Origin: a virus
Taxonomy: Duplodnaviria; Caudoviricetes
Strand: one strand, 5' to 3'
Virus record (IMG/VR): IMGVR_UViG_3300020175_000009
Span: 1-57,315 of that record
DNA length: 57,315 nt
This document shows positions 10,082-19,439 of this stretch, piece by piece. A program made the translations under genes and the position numbers. Below the pieces are notes generated by a model. The model worked only from the letters and a program-made list of their open reading frames with translations. It had not been told where the DNA came from and ran no database searches. Within the stretch, counting starts at the first letter, position 1; the number at the start of each line of letters is the position of its first letter.

Positions 10082-13000
10082 TTACTGACTTCTAATATTA
10101 TCTGCTGTGATATTATCAATAATATCAATATTGTCTATACTTACATCGGGAATTAATAGTTCATCTCCCAACGGCGTAATTTGGAATAAATCACCAAACG
10201 AACCTTCTATGCCATATGGCACAATTACAAAACTACTTAGTGATCCCGACAAGTCTTTATGTACTTGTGCCGCGAGCTCCGTAAAGTAAAACGTTTCGCC
10301 AAAGTCCCAGTTTTCAATACTAAAGAAGTTTTCTATACTCTTAACTATCAAACTCTTTAATTCGTTGTCTGTAATTCTAGCGTTTTGTACTTTAATCGCT
10401 CTAAACTTTGCTTGTAATTCACTTGGTGCTTTGTTTCCAAACAACACTTTGTATTTAACTGGACGATAAATTATAGTATCGCTCATTGCTTTTTTTGTAT
10501 TAACTTCTTTAAACTGTTGATTTAGATCAGTGACTGTTGGAGGCAATGGTTCTTGGTTGGTTGTTCTTTTGTCAGATAACCAACTACGATATAAACTGTC
10601 ATATGATTGTGTTAATACAAACACATCAATAATGTTACTAAAACTTGGATCAATAATTTCATTTGTATCTGGAACGTGTGTCCATTCTAATCTTAATTCA
10701 GACAGCGTATCTGCGCCATCTGTTACATCAAAGAAACTATCAGGATTATTTGGACGATCATCTTGGTTTTTATCTTTCATAACAAGTAATACTTTGTTGT
10801 TGTTAAACACACCAGTCTCTTGTCCATTTTCTGCAAATTCATAACCATACACAAAGAAGCTGCCTAATGGAGCGCCTTGTTGAGAATTTATATCAATTTG
10901 ATCTCTAAACTTTTTATTGCTTTCACTCTGTAGCTTGTATTGGTTTCCAATATTGCCAAACTCAATTTGTGAACTTTCAATTGAATATCTAATTACACGA
11001 TTTGTAATAATATATCTATTAATGTTTGTTGTTGTATCATAATCTACTTTTATCATCCAACTAAGATCTAATTCCGGATCTTCATTTAAACTCCACTCAG
11101 TGTTGATATAATCGTAATTAATTGCAAAGTCACGTTTACTTAATAGTGCATCAATAAACAATTGTCTTTCAGAAATAGTAAACTTTCTAGTAAACGGAGG
11201 ATAAATTATTTCAATCTCTGCGCCATCAGGTACACGTGTGTCAAATACAACTGCCCCCAGTCCTCGATTATCTAATCCAGTTGGATTACCATTATTATTT
11301 TCTACACCCAAACCATCATTGTAAATTCTTGAAATTTTAGTCCAATAATCAGTTACAACTATTTCACCATCTATTACTTGCGTGTGTTTTAATTTAACTA
11401 ATGATCCAACTTTGGCATGCCGCATATAATTGTTGGTTGCATTTCCCAATCTTTGAATAACGCCGCCGTCGTCGCCAGCGTCGCCAGCGTCATTAACAAT
11501 GTTACCAGTGCTTATATCTGAGTTTATTTTTAATCTACTATCCCAGATAAATCTCCTATCATTTTCGTCACTTGCGCCATCATATTCATCAGCTTTTAAA
11601 TCTAAAAACACCAGTCTATTAGCATCATAATAATAATTGATTACTTCATCATCGTATAACAGCGGAGCTATCTGATTATCAAAAATAACCGATGCAACTG
11701 TACTATTACTAAATTGTGTTTTTGTTACTTCTTCCTTGTTGATTATTCCATCTGTTGCATACAATCTCAAACTAGTGTACGCTCCTGTTGGATCTGTAAT
11801 GTCAACATATCTACTGTGCCCACTGTGTGTGCGATTAATGCTTTTAATCTTTTTAATTGCTTCACTTTGACTTACTAGATAATTGTTATAATCATCTGCT
11901 GTAATCATTCTGTCTTGTGCGCTGTATGCTCGTGGTGCATTAACACGGATACTATCCAATGTTTCGCTCTCACTTGCTGTTAGTACACTATTTTTAAGTT
12001 GCAATTCAATTGCAATTGTGTATGTATTTCCGTCAATACCCTTGTACTTGACTGCAATCTTTTTGTTTCCAATATCATCAGGACGAAGAACATATGTTTG
12101 GTTGGCGCTTGGGCGATACCAAACACGAACAATACCACTAGGTTGGTTACCAAATGCATTGTCAGCAAACTGTACTGAAATTTGATTATCTTTGCGTGTC
12201 TTTACACTAAAGATGTCACGCACACCAGCTTCAATAGTGTTAAATGCAGTACTGCTACCAAACACACTATCAACTTTGGTCCACTCTTTGAGAGGATTGC
12301 CATTAGCATCAATTGTTTGTACCCAGACATCGCTGTTGTTTACATTGTTGACATTTATATCTAAAGACTGTTCACCGATACTTGAGTCAATTTGAAAGTC
12401 CTGAAATTGCAATGATCCTTGTTTAAAACCAACAAAGAAACCAGTGTTGTTGCTACTAATTCCTTTGCCGTCATTTTTATAAATTACGCTAAAAGCGCCA
12501 TTTGGATTAGGAGAATTTTCTTCAATTGACTTTTGTGTGCTGTTGTATGTTAATCCAATTGCATCGAATGTTGAATTGCTGCCTTGTACTTTGCCGTTGA
12601 ACTGAAAGTTTATTTGATCAATAATACTATTAATATTATAAAATTGTACTAGTGTATTGCTTATAGTAGCTTGTTTTCTAGGACTACCTATTTGGTTACT
12701 TGGAGCAAACGCTGCATTTAGTACTGTAATAAAATCATCCAAGTTGTCAACATTTGTTGAACTTTCATAGCGTATTTCTTGACCACCAAGGCTGGTGCCT
12801 TTGCTGCCAACAACTGGCTCGTTTGTTTTTACACTTACTACCTTTAGTTGACCAAATGCAGGAAGAGGGCGTTTTGGTTGGTAACCTAAAAATTCTGCGA
12901 GTTTAAATACACTTTCTTGACGTTGAGCCGTACTCAGGAAGTTGTTGCGGCTGTTAATGTCGTTACGATATGCTAAACTATGACCAAAGCGAGCAATTAA

Positions 13001-13198
13001 ATCTAGTATTGCTACAAACTCTGAACTTTCAATCCAGTCATTGTAATTTTCTGGGTAATTGTTACGAACATAATCAACCATTGATGTTCTAATCGTATCG
13101 TAATCATACGCTTGGAAATCAGCATTAATATATGAATCGTAAACTGCTGCATAGTCCTCTGCTGCAAACATTCTAGATTGTCTTGTTTTCTGTGCCAT
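10082..13198 (-). CDS. gp6: Baseplate wedge subunit, T4 gp6-like (1038 aa)
   Basis: N-terminal DYDTIRTSMVDY...FLSTAQRQESVFKLAEFLGYQPKR and internal ETLDSIRVNAPRAYSAQDRMITADDY match gp6/baseplate-J motifs; adjacent to gp25. Confidence 0.88.
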   Translation of the reverse strand: MAQKTRQSRMFAAEDYAAVYDSYINADFQAYDYDTIRTSMVDYVRNNYPENYNDWIESSEFVAILDLIARFGHSLAYRNDINSRNNFLSTAQRQESVFKLAEFLGYQPKRPLPAFGQLKVVSVKTNEPVVGSKGTSLGGQEIRYESSTNVDNLDDFITVLNAAFAPSNQIGSPRKQATISNTLVQFYNINSIIDQINFQFNGKVQGSNSTFDAIGLTYNSTQKSIEENSPNPNGAFSVIYKNDGKGISSNNTGFFVGFKQGSLQFQDFQIDSSIGEQSLDINVNNVNNSDVWVQTIDANGNPLKEWTKVDSVFGSSTAFNTIEAGVRDIFSVKTRKDNQISVQFADNAFGNQPSGIVRVWYRPSANQTYVLRPDDIGNKKIAVKYKGIDGNTYTIAIELQLKNSVLTASESETLDSIRVNAPRAYSAQDRMITADDYNNYLVSQSEAIKKIKSINRTHSGHSRYVDITDPTGAYTSLRLYATDGIINKEEVTKTQFSNSTVASVIFDNQIAPLLYDDEVINYYYDANRLVFLDLKADEYDGASDENDRRFIWDSRLKINSDISTGNIVNDAGDAGDDGGVIQRLGNATNNYMRHAKVGSLVKLKHTQVIDGEIVVTDYWTKISRIYNDGLGVENNNGNPTGLDNRGLGAVVFDTRVPDGAEIEIIYPPFTRKFTISERQLFIDALLSKRDFAINYDYINTEWSLNEDPELDLSWMIKVDYDTTTNINRYIITNRVIRYSIESSQIEFGNIGNQYKLQSESNKKFRDQIDINSQQGAPLGSFFVYGYEFAENGQETGVFNNNKVLLVMKDKNQDDRPNNPDSFFDVTDGADTLSELRLEWTHVPDTNEIIDPSFSNIIDVFVLTQSYDSLYRSWLSDKRTTNQEPLPPTVTDLNQQFKEVNTKKAMSDTIIYRPVKYKVLFGNKAPSELQAKFRAIKVQNARITDNELKSLIVKSIENFFSIENWDFGETFYFTELAAQVHKDLSGSLSSFVIVPYGIEGSFGDLFQITPLGDELLIPDVSIDNIDIIDNITADNIRSQ

Positions 13199-13200
13199 GT

Positions 13201-13584
13201 TTAAAACTCTTTATCTTCCTGAAATTCGTCATCGAATTTTAATATCAAATCAGTGGCAGTGGTTGTGGGCAAATACATTAACTTAATACTCACTGTTACT
13301 TCCCCAGCATCATGTACAACTGTTACATTTTTATCTATCAAATCAAACCGCGGATCAAACGTAACTACATCACTGACATCCTGTTCAATGAGGTAGAGTG
13401 TTTGATCATCAAGTGGTTGAAATACATATAACGGTAGATTGCTACCGAACTCAGGATTAGTCCATTTCTCACCTTTGCGGATATTGAAATGATTCTTTAA
13501 ATCCTGCTTTGCAAGCTCTAGATCTGTTAGATATCTAGCATCATATCGCTCGCCAACTGTTGTATAACCGATTATCTTCTTCAT
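13201..13584 (-). CDS. gp25: Baseplate wedge subunit gp25-like (sheath initiator)
   Basis: DLKNHFNIRKGEKWTNPEFGSNLPLYVFQP...DPR is the GPW/gp25 signature; 127 aa. Confidence 0.9.
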   Translation of the reverse strand: MKKIIGYTTVGERYDARYLTDLELAKQDLKNHFNIRKGEKWTNPEFGSNLPLYVFQPLDDQTLYLIEQDVSDVVTFDPRFDLIDKNVTVVHDAGEVTVSIKLMYLPTTTATDLILKFDDEFQEDKEF

Positions 13585-13589
13585 AATGA

Positions 13590-13597
13590 TATTTATC
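13590..13597 (-). promoter_or_regulatory. T4-type late promoter (GATAAATA)
   Basis: TATTTATC on the + strand, ending 5 nt upstream of the gp25 ATG. Confidence 0.65.
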
Positions 13598-13616
13598 TAA
13601 AAGAATCTAAGGTTTT

Positions 13617-14177
13617 TTAGGCTGGAAAGTCTGCCATGTTTTTATTAATGGACAGTAAATTTTCTGGCCATTGCAAGTATTGTTGCCAAATTTCATCAGG
13701 AATTGTTAAATTATAAGTTCTAGCTGCATTGTTGATTTCATGCCAACTAGGTCTATGTGGACTTTTGATAGGACGCTGTAACTTGTTGCTTTTTTTGACG
13801 TTGCATGGTCCACACGAAGTTACACTATTTTCCCAGATTAACTTGCCGCCTCGGCTTTTGGGAATTACATGATCGATTGTCAGATCTCCATGACTAAATT
13901 TATCACCACAGTACTGACATTGGTAATTATCTCTTACATATAAGTTACGTCGGGTAAATTTTGCTCTTTGGGGTTGTTTGTGATATCTTGTTAGGATGAT
14001 AACACTGGGCATTTGCATCTTAAAGTTAGCACTGCGTATTTCATGGCTGAGATATGTTTCTAAAACTCTCGCTTTATCGGAAAAAACAGCCTTTATTGCA
14101 CTCTGCCAGCTAATTGTACTTAGTGGAAGATACGTTAGTGGTTGTGCATCTGCGTTAAGTAATAGTACGCTAGGCAA
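13617..14177 (-). CDS. HNH endonuclease (McrA-like, CxxC...HxxP...N...CxxCN)
   Basis: RDNYQCQYCG...TIDHVIPKSRGG...WENSVTSCGPCNVKK; TTG start with AAGGA SD. Confidence 0.9.
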   Translation of the reverse strand: MPSVLLLNADAQPLTYLPLSTISWQSAIKAVFSDKARVLETYLSHEIRSANFKMQMPSVIILTRYHKQPQRAKFTRRNLYVRDNYQCQYCGDKFSHGDLTIDHVIPKSRGGKLIWENSVTSCGPCNVKKSNKLQRPIKSPHRPSWHEINNAARTYNLTIPDEIWQQYLQWPENLLSINKNMADFPA

Positions 14178-14195
14178 GTGTTATTCCTTTTTATT

Positions 14196-14924
14196 TTATG
14201 TATTTACCTTGACCACTTCTCGCTGTCTTGACAATGTCATTTTAGGTAAAAATCTTCCAGTTTTTTCATAGTATATATTTTCTGCCTGCTGTCTACTAAT
14301 ACTATCAGTAAAGTTATCAGGATAGTTTTTTCTTAATGCCTGCAGGCCTTGCTCTTTGATTAAACTTCTATCTTTATATGGACCATAGTCGCCCAGCATT
14401 ATAATTTTTGCTTCGCCCTGTCTTATCATCCTATTTGAGCCACTCATTGTTAGTGCAGTTGCAAAATATTCCCATTGTTTGTTTTTTATAAACAGAGACA
14501 AATCAAACTTTCGATCTTCAGTGCCAACTTTATCAAAACTACCAGTAGAAAAATAAAGACTTACTAATCCATCATACTGTGATTGTGTTAGAAAGTCAAG
14601 AGGAAAAAGCCGTTTAAACTTTCTTTCTGCATTTTTATAATTCTCAATCCAATAACTATAAGATTGCTTTTCAGTTAATCCCAATTTATTGTCCAAATCC
14701 TTTGATGTACCATATCCGATTTGTGAATACTTGGTTACAGGGTTGGTGTTTTTATACCCTCTCCAAGGAGTCTGACGTAAAGAAAAGTTTAATGAAAGTT
14801 CACTTGCTTCCAATTCATTTAATGGTAAAAGAACATTGACTGCGTCTGGATCTTTGACTGTAAACAAATCAAATTCAATAAGGTCCTTTTCGGTTACAAT
14901 ATTTGGTAAAACTATCCTAGCCAT
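14196..14924 (-). CDS. Baseplate-associated GH24 lysozyme-like protein, probably catalytically degenerate
   Basis: IGYG and LTQSQYDGLVSLYF resemble phage lysozyme motifs; directly downstream of gp5. No Glu at the expected catalytic position. Confidence 0.6.
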   Translation of the reverse strand: MARIVLPNIVTEKDLIEFDLFTVKDPDAVNVLLPLNELEASELSLNFSLRQTPWRGYKNTNPVTKYSQIGYGTSKDLDNKLGLTEKQSYSYWIENYKNAERKFKRLFPLDFLTQSQYDGLVSLYFSTGSFDKVGTEDRKFDLSLFIKNKQWEYFATALTMSGSNRMIRQGEAKIIMLGDYGPYKDRSLIKEQGLQALRKNYPDNFTDSISRQQAENIYYEKTGRFLPKMTLSRQREVVKVNT

Positions 14925-16123
14925 TATGACACCGTTCCCTTGCTTGTATTAAATGTTTCCTGAAGGCTTGTTTTGCCATCCCAGGGCTGATGCTCTGGTA
15001 CTCTTTCAACTGCACTCTCTGCAACTCCCTTGTTGGCTACTTGACTGTGCATTGTTACTTTACTTGCCGTCATAGCCTGTGGTCCATTCATGTCAATCAT
15101 GTTTGCAGTTTCAACATGATGCTTGCTTAATATGTTGGTACTTCGGGCTGCATTAATATTGATATTTGTCTCAGCATATTGATCGATACTACCAACGCTT
15201 GCTTCTACTTTGATTCCTTCAGCACCTGCACTCTTGATGTTTACGCCCTGATCAGCTTGCATATTAATGTTTCCTTTGGCGTGAAGATTATAACTACCTT
15301 CACAATGCATACTAATACTGGTTTCACTATAAACATCGATCATGCCTGCCCTATCTATTTCAACATATGCACTACCACTACTATTAGTTACAAATATCAT
15401 ATCATTACTGTCATCCAATAATATTTGTGCACCATTCTTACTGCGAAGACGAATATTAGCACTGCCGCCTTCTGCATCTCCGTCATCCAATGTCAATACA
15501 TGTCCGCCAGCGGTATTGATACCAAATACTTTACTTGGGGATTCTCTTCTTGCACTACTGGCACTGTGGCCTCTAACTAAATCACCAGCCAGGCCTTGTT
15601 GGCTTAATCTTGCTGACGTTTCCACATTCATAGGTTTGGTTGATTGGTCATTACTGTCATGAACGTTTTTTTCCACTGTTGGACCAAAACTAGTCGTACC
15701 ATCAGGATTATATGCTTCTGCACTAGCCTGTCCGCCCATCATGTGGTTTCTATCTTTGCCTATAAAGCTACCAACCAAAAAACCTTCTTCCCGTCCAGTT
15801 GTATACGCAACTAAAACTTCTGTTCCGATAGCTGGCGGCTGTGGCCACATTCCAAAACTTTTAGGAGCTCCTTTTTCATCTGCTGGATCATCAGAATTTT
15901 CACGTCCATTGCTTACTCCGCCAAACGGAGTTACCAACAATACAAGCCTACTAACTTCTTCACCACCAAATTGTGGTATTTTTACTTTTACTCTGCCAGT
16001 GTTAATACTATCTTCATTGTCTGTTACAACTGCGGTATACACCCCAGCCAGGGCATTGACACCGCCACTGCTTTGTTGTTTTGTTCTACCTGGTAAATTT
16101 TTATTGTCGTCTCTATATGCCAT
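14924..16123 (-). CDS. gp5: Baseplate central spike, gp5/VgrG-like (OB-fold plus beta-helix, no lysozyme domain)
   Basis: GVYTAVVTDNED...GRVKVKIP...FGMWPQPPAIGTEVLVAY OB-fold; TAGGHVLTLDD...IRLRSKNGAQILLDD followed by beta-helix repeats; C-terminal VPEHQPW. Confidence 0.82.
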   Translation of the reverse strand: MAYRDDNKNLPGRTKQQSSGGVNALAGVYTAVVTDNEDSINTGRVKVKIPQFGGEEVSRLVLLVTPFGGVSNGRENSDDPADEKGAPKSFGMWPQPPAIGTEVLVAYTTGREEGFLVGSFIGKDRNHMMGGQASAEAYNPDGTTSFGPTVEKNVHDSNDQSTKPMNVETSARLSQQGLAGDLVRGHSASSARRESPSKVFGINTAGGHVLTLDDGDAEGGSANIRLRSKNGAQILLDDSNDMIFVTNSSGSAYVEIDRAGMIDVYSETSISMHCEGSYNLHAKGNINMQADQGVNIKSAGAEGIKVEASVGSIDQYAETNININAARSTNILSKHHVETANMIDMNGPQAMTASKVTMHSQVANKGVAESAVERVPEHQPWDGKTSLQETFNTSKGTVS

Positions 16124-16125
16124 TT

Positions 16126-18552
16126 TTACTCACTCGTTAAATTTGCTAGGTGATTTTTCACCAAGGATGCAGTTGTCCTAGTATCTCTAAAACCTTTTAA
16201 TGTTTGTACAAATTGCCCTTGTTGAAATCTACTCTCAACGTCTGTAATTCTATAAACTCCACTACTGGCTAAATCCATGTCAGCCTTTCCACGGTATCCT
16301 GGTTCCATCATTGCTTCTTTTGGATGAAAGTTTGTAAATGCAATTAAACTATCAGCACGTGCATATTCCAATAATGTTTCTGTGGTGCCATATGAAATTG
16401 CACCTGGTGTACCCATCCAATAAGGGTCTCCTCTGATCTGGAATTCCACGTCTAAAAAATCTGCACTTCTGCCTGCGTACATTAAGTCTCTAACTGCATT
16501 AATTCCGTCAGTGTTGCCTGCGCTGTGATCATTTGCATTTTGTAAATTACCGCCTAGCAACTGAAAACTATAGCTTGGTATCTCAATTACAATATCATCC
16601 TGGTCAATTTTGACATCACTCAAGTAAGTTGCATTTGAAATTCTACTAGCTGTTGTATTTAAATCACTTACTTCTGCAAGGTTTGACTGTGTTGTACTGT
16701 TAACAATTGCTGATCCGTGAGAACCACTTGGCTCCTCGTAGCGAGTTGCAAACCCAGGATCTTGTGCAACTACGAACAGGTTATTGTATTCAAGTTGAAA
16801 GTCAATGAGTTCAGTTGTTTCTCCACTGTAGTTATATCTATACGCTTTTGCAATAGGAAGCTGTCCAAATCTTTCATTTTGATATGCTGAATTGGTTGCT
16901 TGTTCAATGGCTCTCTGTGGATTATCTGGCCTTGCAGTATATGTCCAAATAATTCCAATCTTAACAATGATTTCCTTTTCTCTCTCAAATGTAGTTGGAT
17001 CAACTCCATCACCGTGCGTAATCTCAACTTCTGTATTAATAAAAGGAGACTTGATACTATTTTCACTGTGGTATCTAGCATATGCGGCAAACCCGGGGCA
17101 GTTTCTAGTAAACAGCATAGTTACATAATTTGCAATATTTGTGTCACTGTTAATAGTAGCGTCGCGGTAGTTTGGGTCATCAGTATTTGCACTTAACATA
17201 CCAGCACTTGCTTGGTCAGCAGTGGTACCAAATGATTGTGCTGCTAAATTAAACGATTGCCCAGATGCGTCTGGCAAGCTAGCATTAGTAGCACTGGCAT
17301 CAAATTCTACTCTCCAAGTTTTTCTAACTGGTGGTGGACCAGTTACTTGATTTCTAGCATCTGCGCGGATTACTCGCTCATGCTCATTTAATTGCAAGCT
17401 GAGTTCTGTTGCAAATGATTGAATAGTATCTACTCCTTGCACATTAAGATCTATCGCAACCGTAGCATGTTGTGATGCTGACATTGGAGAGTTCATAGCA
17501 ATAATATTATATTTGCTGCCGCCACCATCAACAGTGGCATTAATTGTCTGAAATGTACAGGGATAAAACATACTTTGTCCAGGCCATTTGATTGACTTGT
17601 CAGTATATTCATCTTTTCCCAAAAACTCTAATTTGAGAACAAACAACGCATTTGGTATACCGCCGCTTGGGAAGAAACTTTTCTGAAATACTAGTAGTCT
17701 ATCAACAAATGTAAAGCCCATTGTTTCTATTAGATCAAATTGAAATGTTCCAAGTGCAGCGCTGTTGTCACCAGAGCTTTCAATAAGTCTGGTTAACATT
17801 AGCATATTTTCAATATTAAATGTAGAGTCAACTCCAGTTTCAGCTATAATTAATGCGTTACCTGCATTTAACACTGACGTATCATTGTTTAATGATTCCG
17901 GACTATTCCACACACTACTCTTTACTAGATACAATGTCCATTTATATGTTCCCAAGTTAACTGTACTTAACCAATTTTCTTGTACTTTAGATCCATCAAA
18001 GCCAGTAGCAACATTTCTATTAACTGGCTCTACACCATATTCAACTAAATCACCAGTTTCTGGATCAACTCCCACTGTGCCTGTTGTTTCAGATAATATT
18101 GGATCTTCTTCCTGTGTGCGAGGTGGTGGCGGAGTCTGATTATTAGCAAGTGCTACGCCGCCAGCAACTACATCTGGATTAAAGTAAGTAGAAGCTTCTG
18201 CACCGCCTTCTTCTCTAATCATCGCACTTACCATGCGTTCCGCTAACTGTGGATTATTTCTTAAATCAACTGGTTGATTTGGGTCTACTCCCATTGCACT
18301 TGCTACGTGACTGGCGTACGCATTTGTATTATTTTCTGACGGAGGTGCCCAGCGACTAATCATCTGATTTACAGTGGATAAGCGATGTCTGTCTTGATAT
18401 GTATAAAGTGTCTTTGTCATCGCACGTACACCGTGTTCTGGCGTAGCGAACGTTTCAAATCTAGAATCAGTACCAGGTGTGGCGCCAACCCATTGTGAGC
18501 TGCCCATTTCAATATTTCCTGGATTGTTATTTCTTACACTTCTAACTGTCAT
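16126..18552 (-). CDS. Baseplate hub (gp27-like) with N-terminal NNNPGN lysozyme-like domain
   Basis: N-terminal RNNNPGNI...FATPEHGVRAM...WAPPSENNT..Y (muramidase-like virion domain). C-terminal IRGDPYW...SGVYRITDVESRFQQGQFVQTL is typical of hub proteins. Located between gp53 and gp5. Confidence 0.7.
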   Translation of the reverse strand: MTVRSVRNNNPGNIEMGSSQWVGATPGTDSRFETFATPEHGVRAMTKTLYTYQDRHRLSTVNQMISRWAPPSENNTNAYASHVASAMGVDPNQPVDLRNNPQLAERMVSAMIREEGGAEASTYFNPDVVAGGVALANNQTPPPPRTQEEDPILSETTGTVGVDPETGDLVEYGVEPVNRNVATGFDGSKVQENWLSTVNLGTYKWTLYLVKSSVWNSPESLNNDTSVLNAGNALIIAETGVDSTFNIENMLMLTRLIESSGDNSAALGTFQFDLIETMGFTFVDRLLVFQKSFFPSGGIPNALFVLKLEFLGKDEYTDKSIKWPGQSMFYPCTFQTINATVDGGGSKYNIIAMNSPMSASQHATVAIDLNVQGVDTIQSFATELSLQLNEHERVIRADARNQVTGPPPVRKTWRVEFDASATNASLPDASGQSFNLAAQSFGTTADQASAGMLSANTDDPNYRDATINSDTNIANYVTMLFTRNCPGFAAYARYHSENSIKSPFINTEVEITHGDGVDPTTFEREKEIIVKIGIIWTYTARPDNPQRAIEQATNSAYQNERFGQLPIAKAYRYNYSGETTELIDFQLEYNNLFVVAQDPGFATRYEEPSGSHGSAIVNSTTQSNLAEVSDLNTTASRISNATYLSDVKIDQDDIVIEIPSYSFQLLGGNLQNANDHSAGNTDGINAVRDLMYAGRSADFLDVEFQIRGDPYWMGTPGAISYGTTETLLEYARADSLIAFTNFHPKEAMMEPGYRGKADMDLASSGVYRITDVESRFQQGQFVQTLKGFRDTRTTASLVKNHLANLTSE

Positions 18553-18837
18553 TTATGAAAACCTTGTAGGTACTAAAATAGTTAAACCTGACACAAAGTC
18601 AAGTATAGGGTCTTCCAAGTCATCCTGATTGAATTCTAAAAACACCCACCACAACTTTGAATTTCCATACAAGTCATGTGCCATTAAGTCTGGGCGTTGA
18701 TGATATTTAGGAGATATTTCCTTCTCAACTAGATTATATTCCTGTAAGTTAGTGACTGTAGATTCATAAATGTCGAGATATTTGCCTTCTACTTTCGGAG
18801 TATTTCTATATGCACTGTCTGAACGATACGATGCCAT
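18553..18837 (-). CDS. gp53: Baseplate wedge gp53-like (LysM-type)
   Basis: RPDLMAHDLYGNSKLWWVFLEFN...G.TILVP motif. Confidence 0.85.
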   Translation of the reverse strand: MASYRSDSAYRNTPKVEGKYLDIYESTVTNLQEYNLVEKEISPKYHQRPDLMAHDLYGNSKLWWVFLEFNQDDLEDPILDFVSGLTILVPTRFS

Positions 18838-19439
18838 TACATAAATCCTCCAGCTTTTCCTGATCTATAGGTATTGATATTAAATTCTTTTCTAACCTTG
18901 GTTGGTGGGTACTGTGGCGTAAAGCTCAAGCTCACCAGCAACTGGGTTGGTAATGTTTGTAGTTGCCCATCGGTCTCAATCGTAACATAATCTAAATCTT
19001 CCGGCAATGTGTAGTTAAAGCTACGCAAAATTACAGGAGTATTTTCCAGGTGCATACTGCCATAAGAACTTAGAAGTAATACAGGCGGAGGGGTTCCACT
19101 AGTACTGCGTGTTTGTTGTCCGTAATCTCCCTTGAGTACACTTTTGAAAAAATGCAAGCAGGCAGCAGTGTATTCAGCTTCGGTGTTAGACTGGGCAGTG
19201 AATGTTGCAGTTAAATCAATCTGTGGATTGGGAGTATTAACATAATAATTTGGCTGGTATACTGACCCTGCTATATCATATGATCCATAATTAGCACTGT
19301 GCGCCATGTTGATTGTTGGAGTGTAAGGGAAGTTAACGCCGTTGCCAGTTTTAGTTAGAGGAGCCAATATACCGGATAGCCAACTGGCATCCTTTGTCTT
19401 TAATGTTGTTCTTTGACTCCATCTTACTCCGCCGCTCAT
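18837..19439 (-). CDS. Tail tube initiator / baseplate-tube junction protein (gp48/gp54-like)
   Basis: FPYTPTI...GTPPPVLLLSSYG...PVILRSFNYTLPEDLDY tube-fold motifs; baseplate context. Confidence 0.65.
   Translation of the reverse strand: MSGGVRWSQRTTLKTKDASWLSGILAPLTKTGNGVNFPYTPTINMAHSANYGSYDIAGSVYQPNYYVNTPNPQIDLTATFTAQSNTEAEYTAACLHFFKSVLKGDYGQQTRSTSGTPPPVLLLSSYGSMHLENTPVILRSFNYTLPEDLDYVTIETDGQLQTLPTQLLVSLSFTPQYPPTKVRKEFNINTYRSGKAGGFM

Noticed and set aside
839-10156. Many short ORFs in the first 10 kb, suggesting a gene-poor region or stop-codon recoding
   Set aside because: They are shadows of one giant - strand ORF. Other genes are intact under the standard code and use TAA, TAG and TGA as stops, so there is no sign of recoding.
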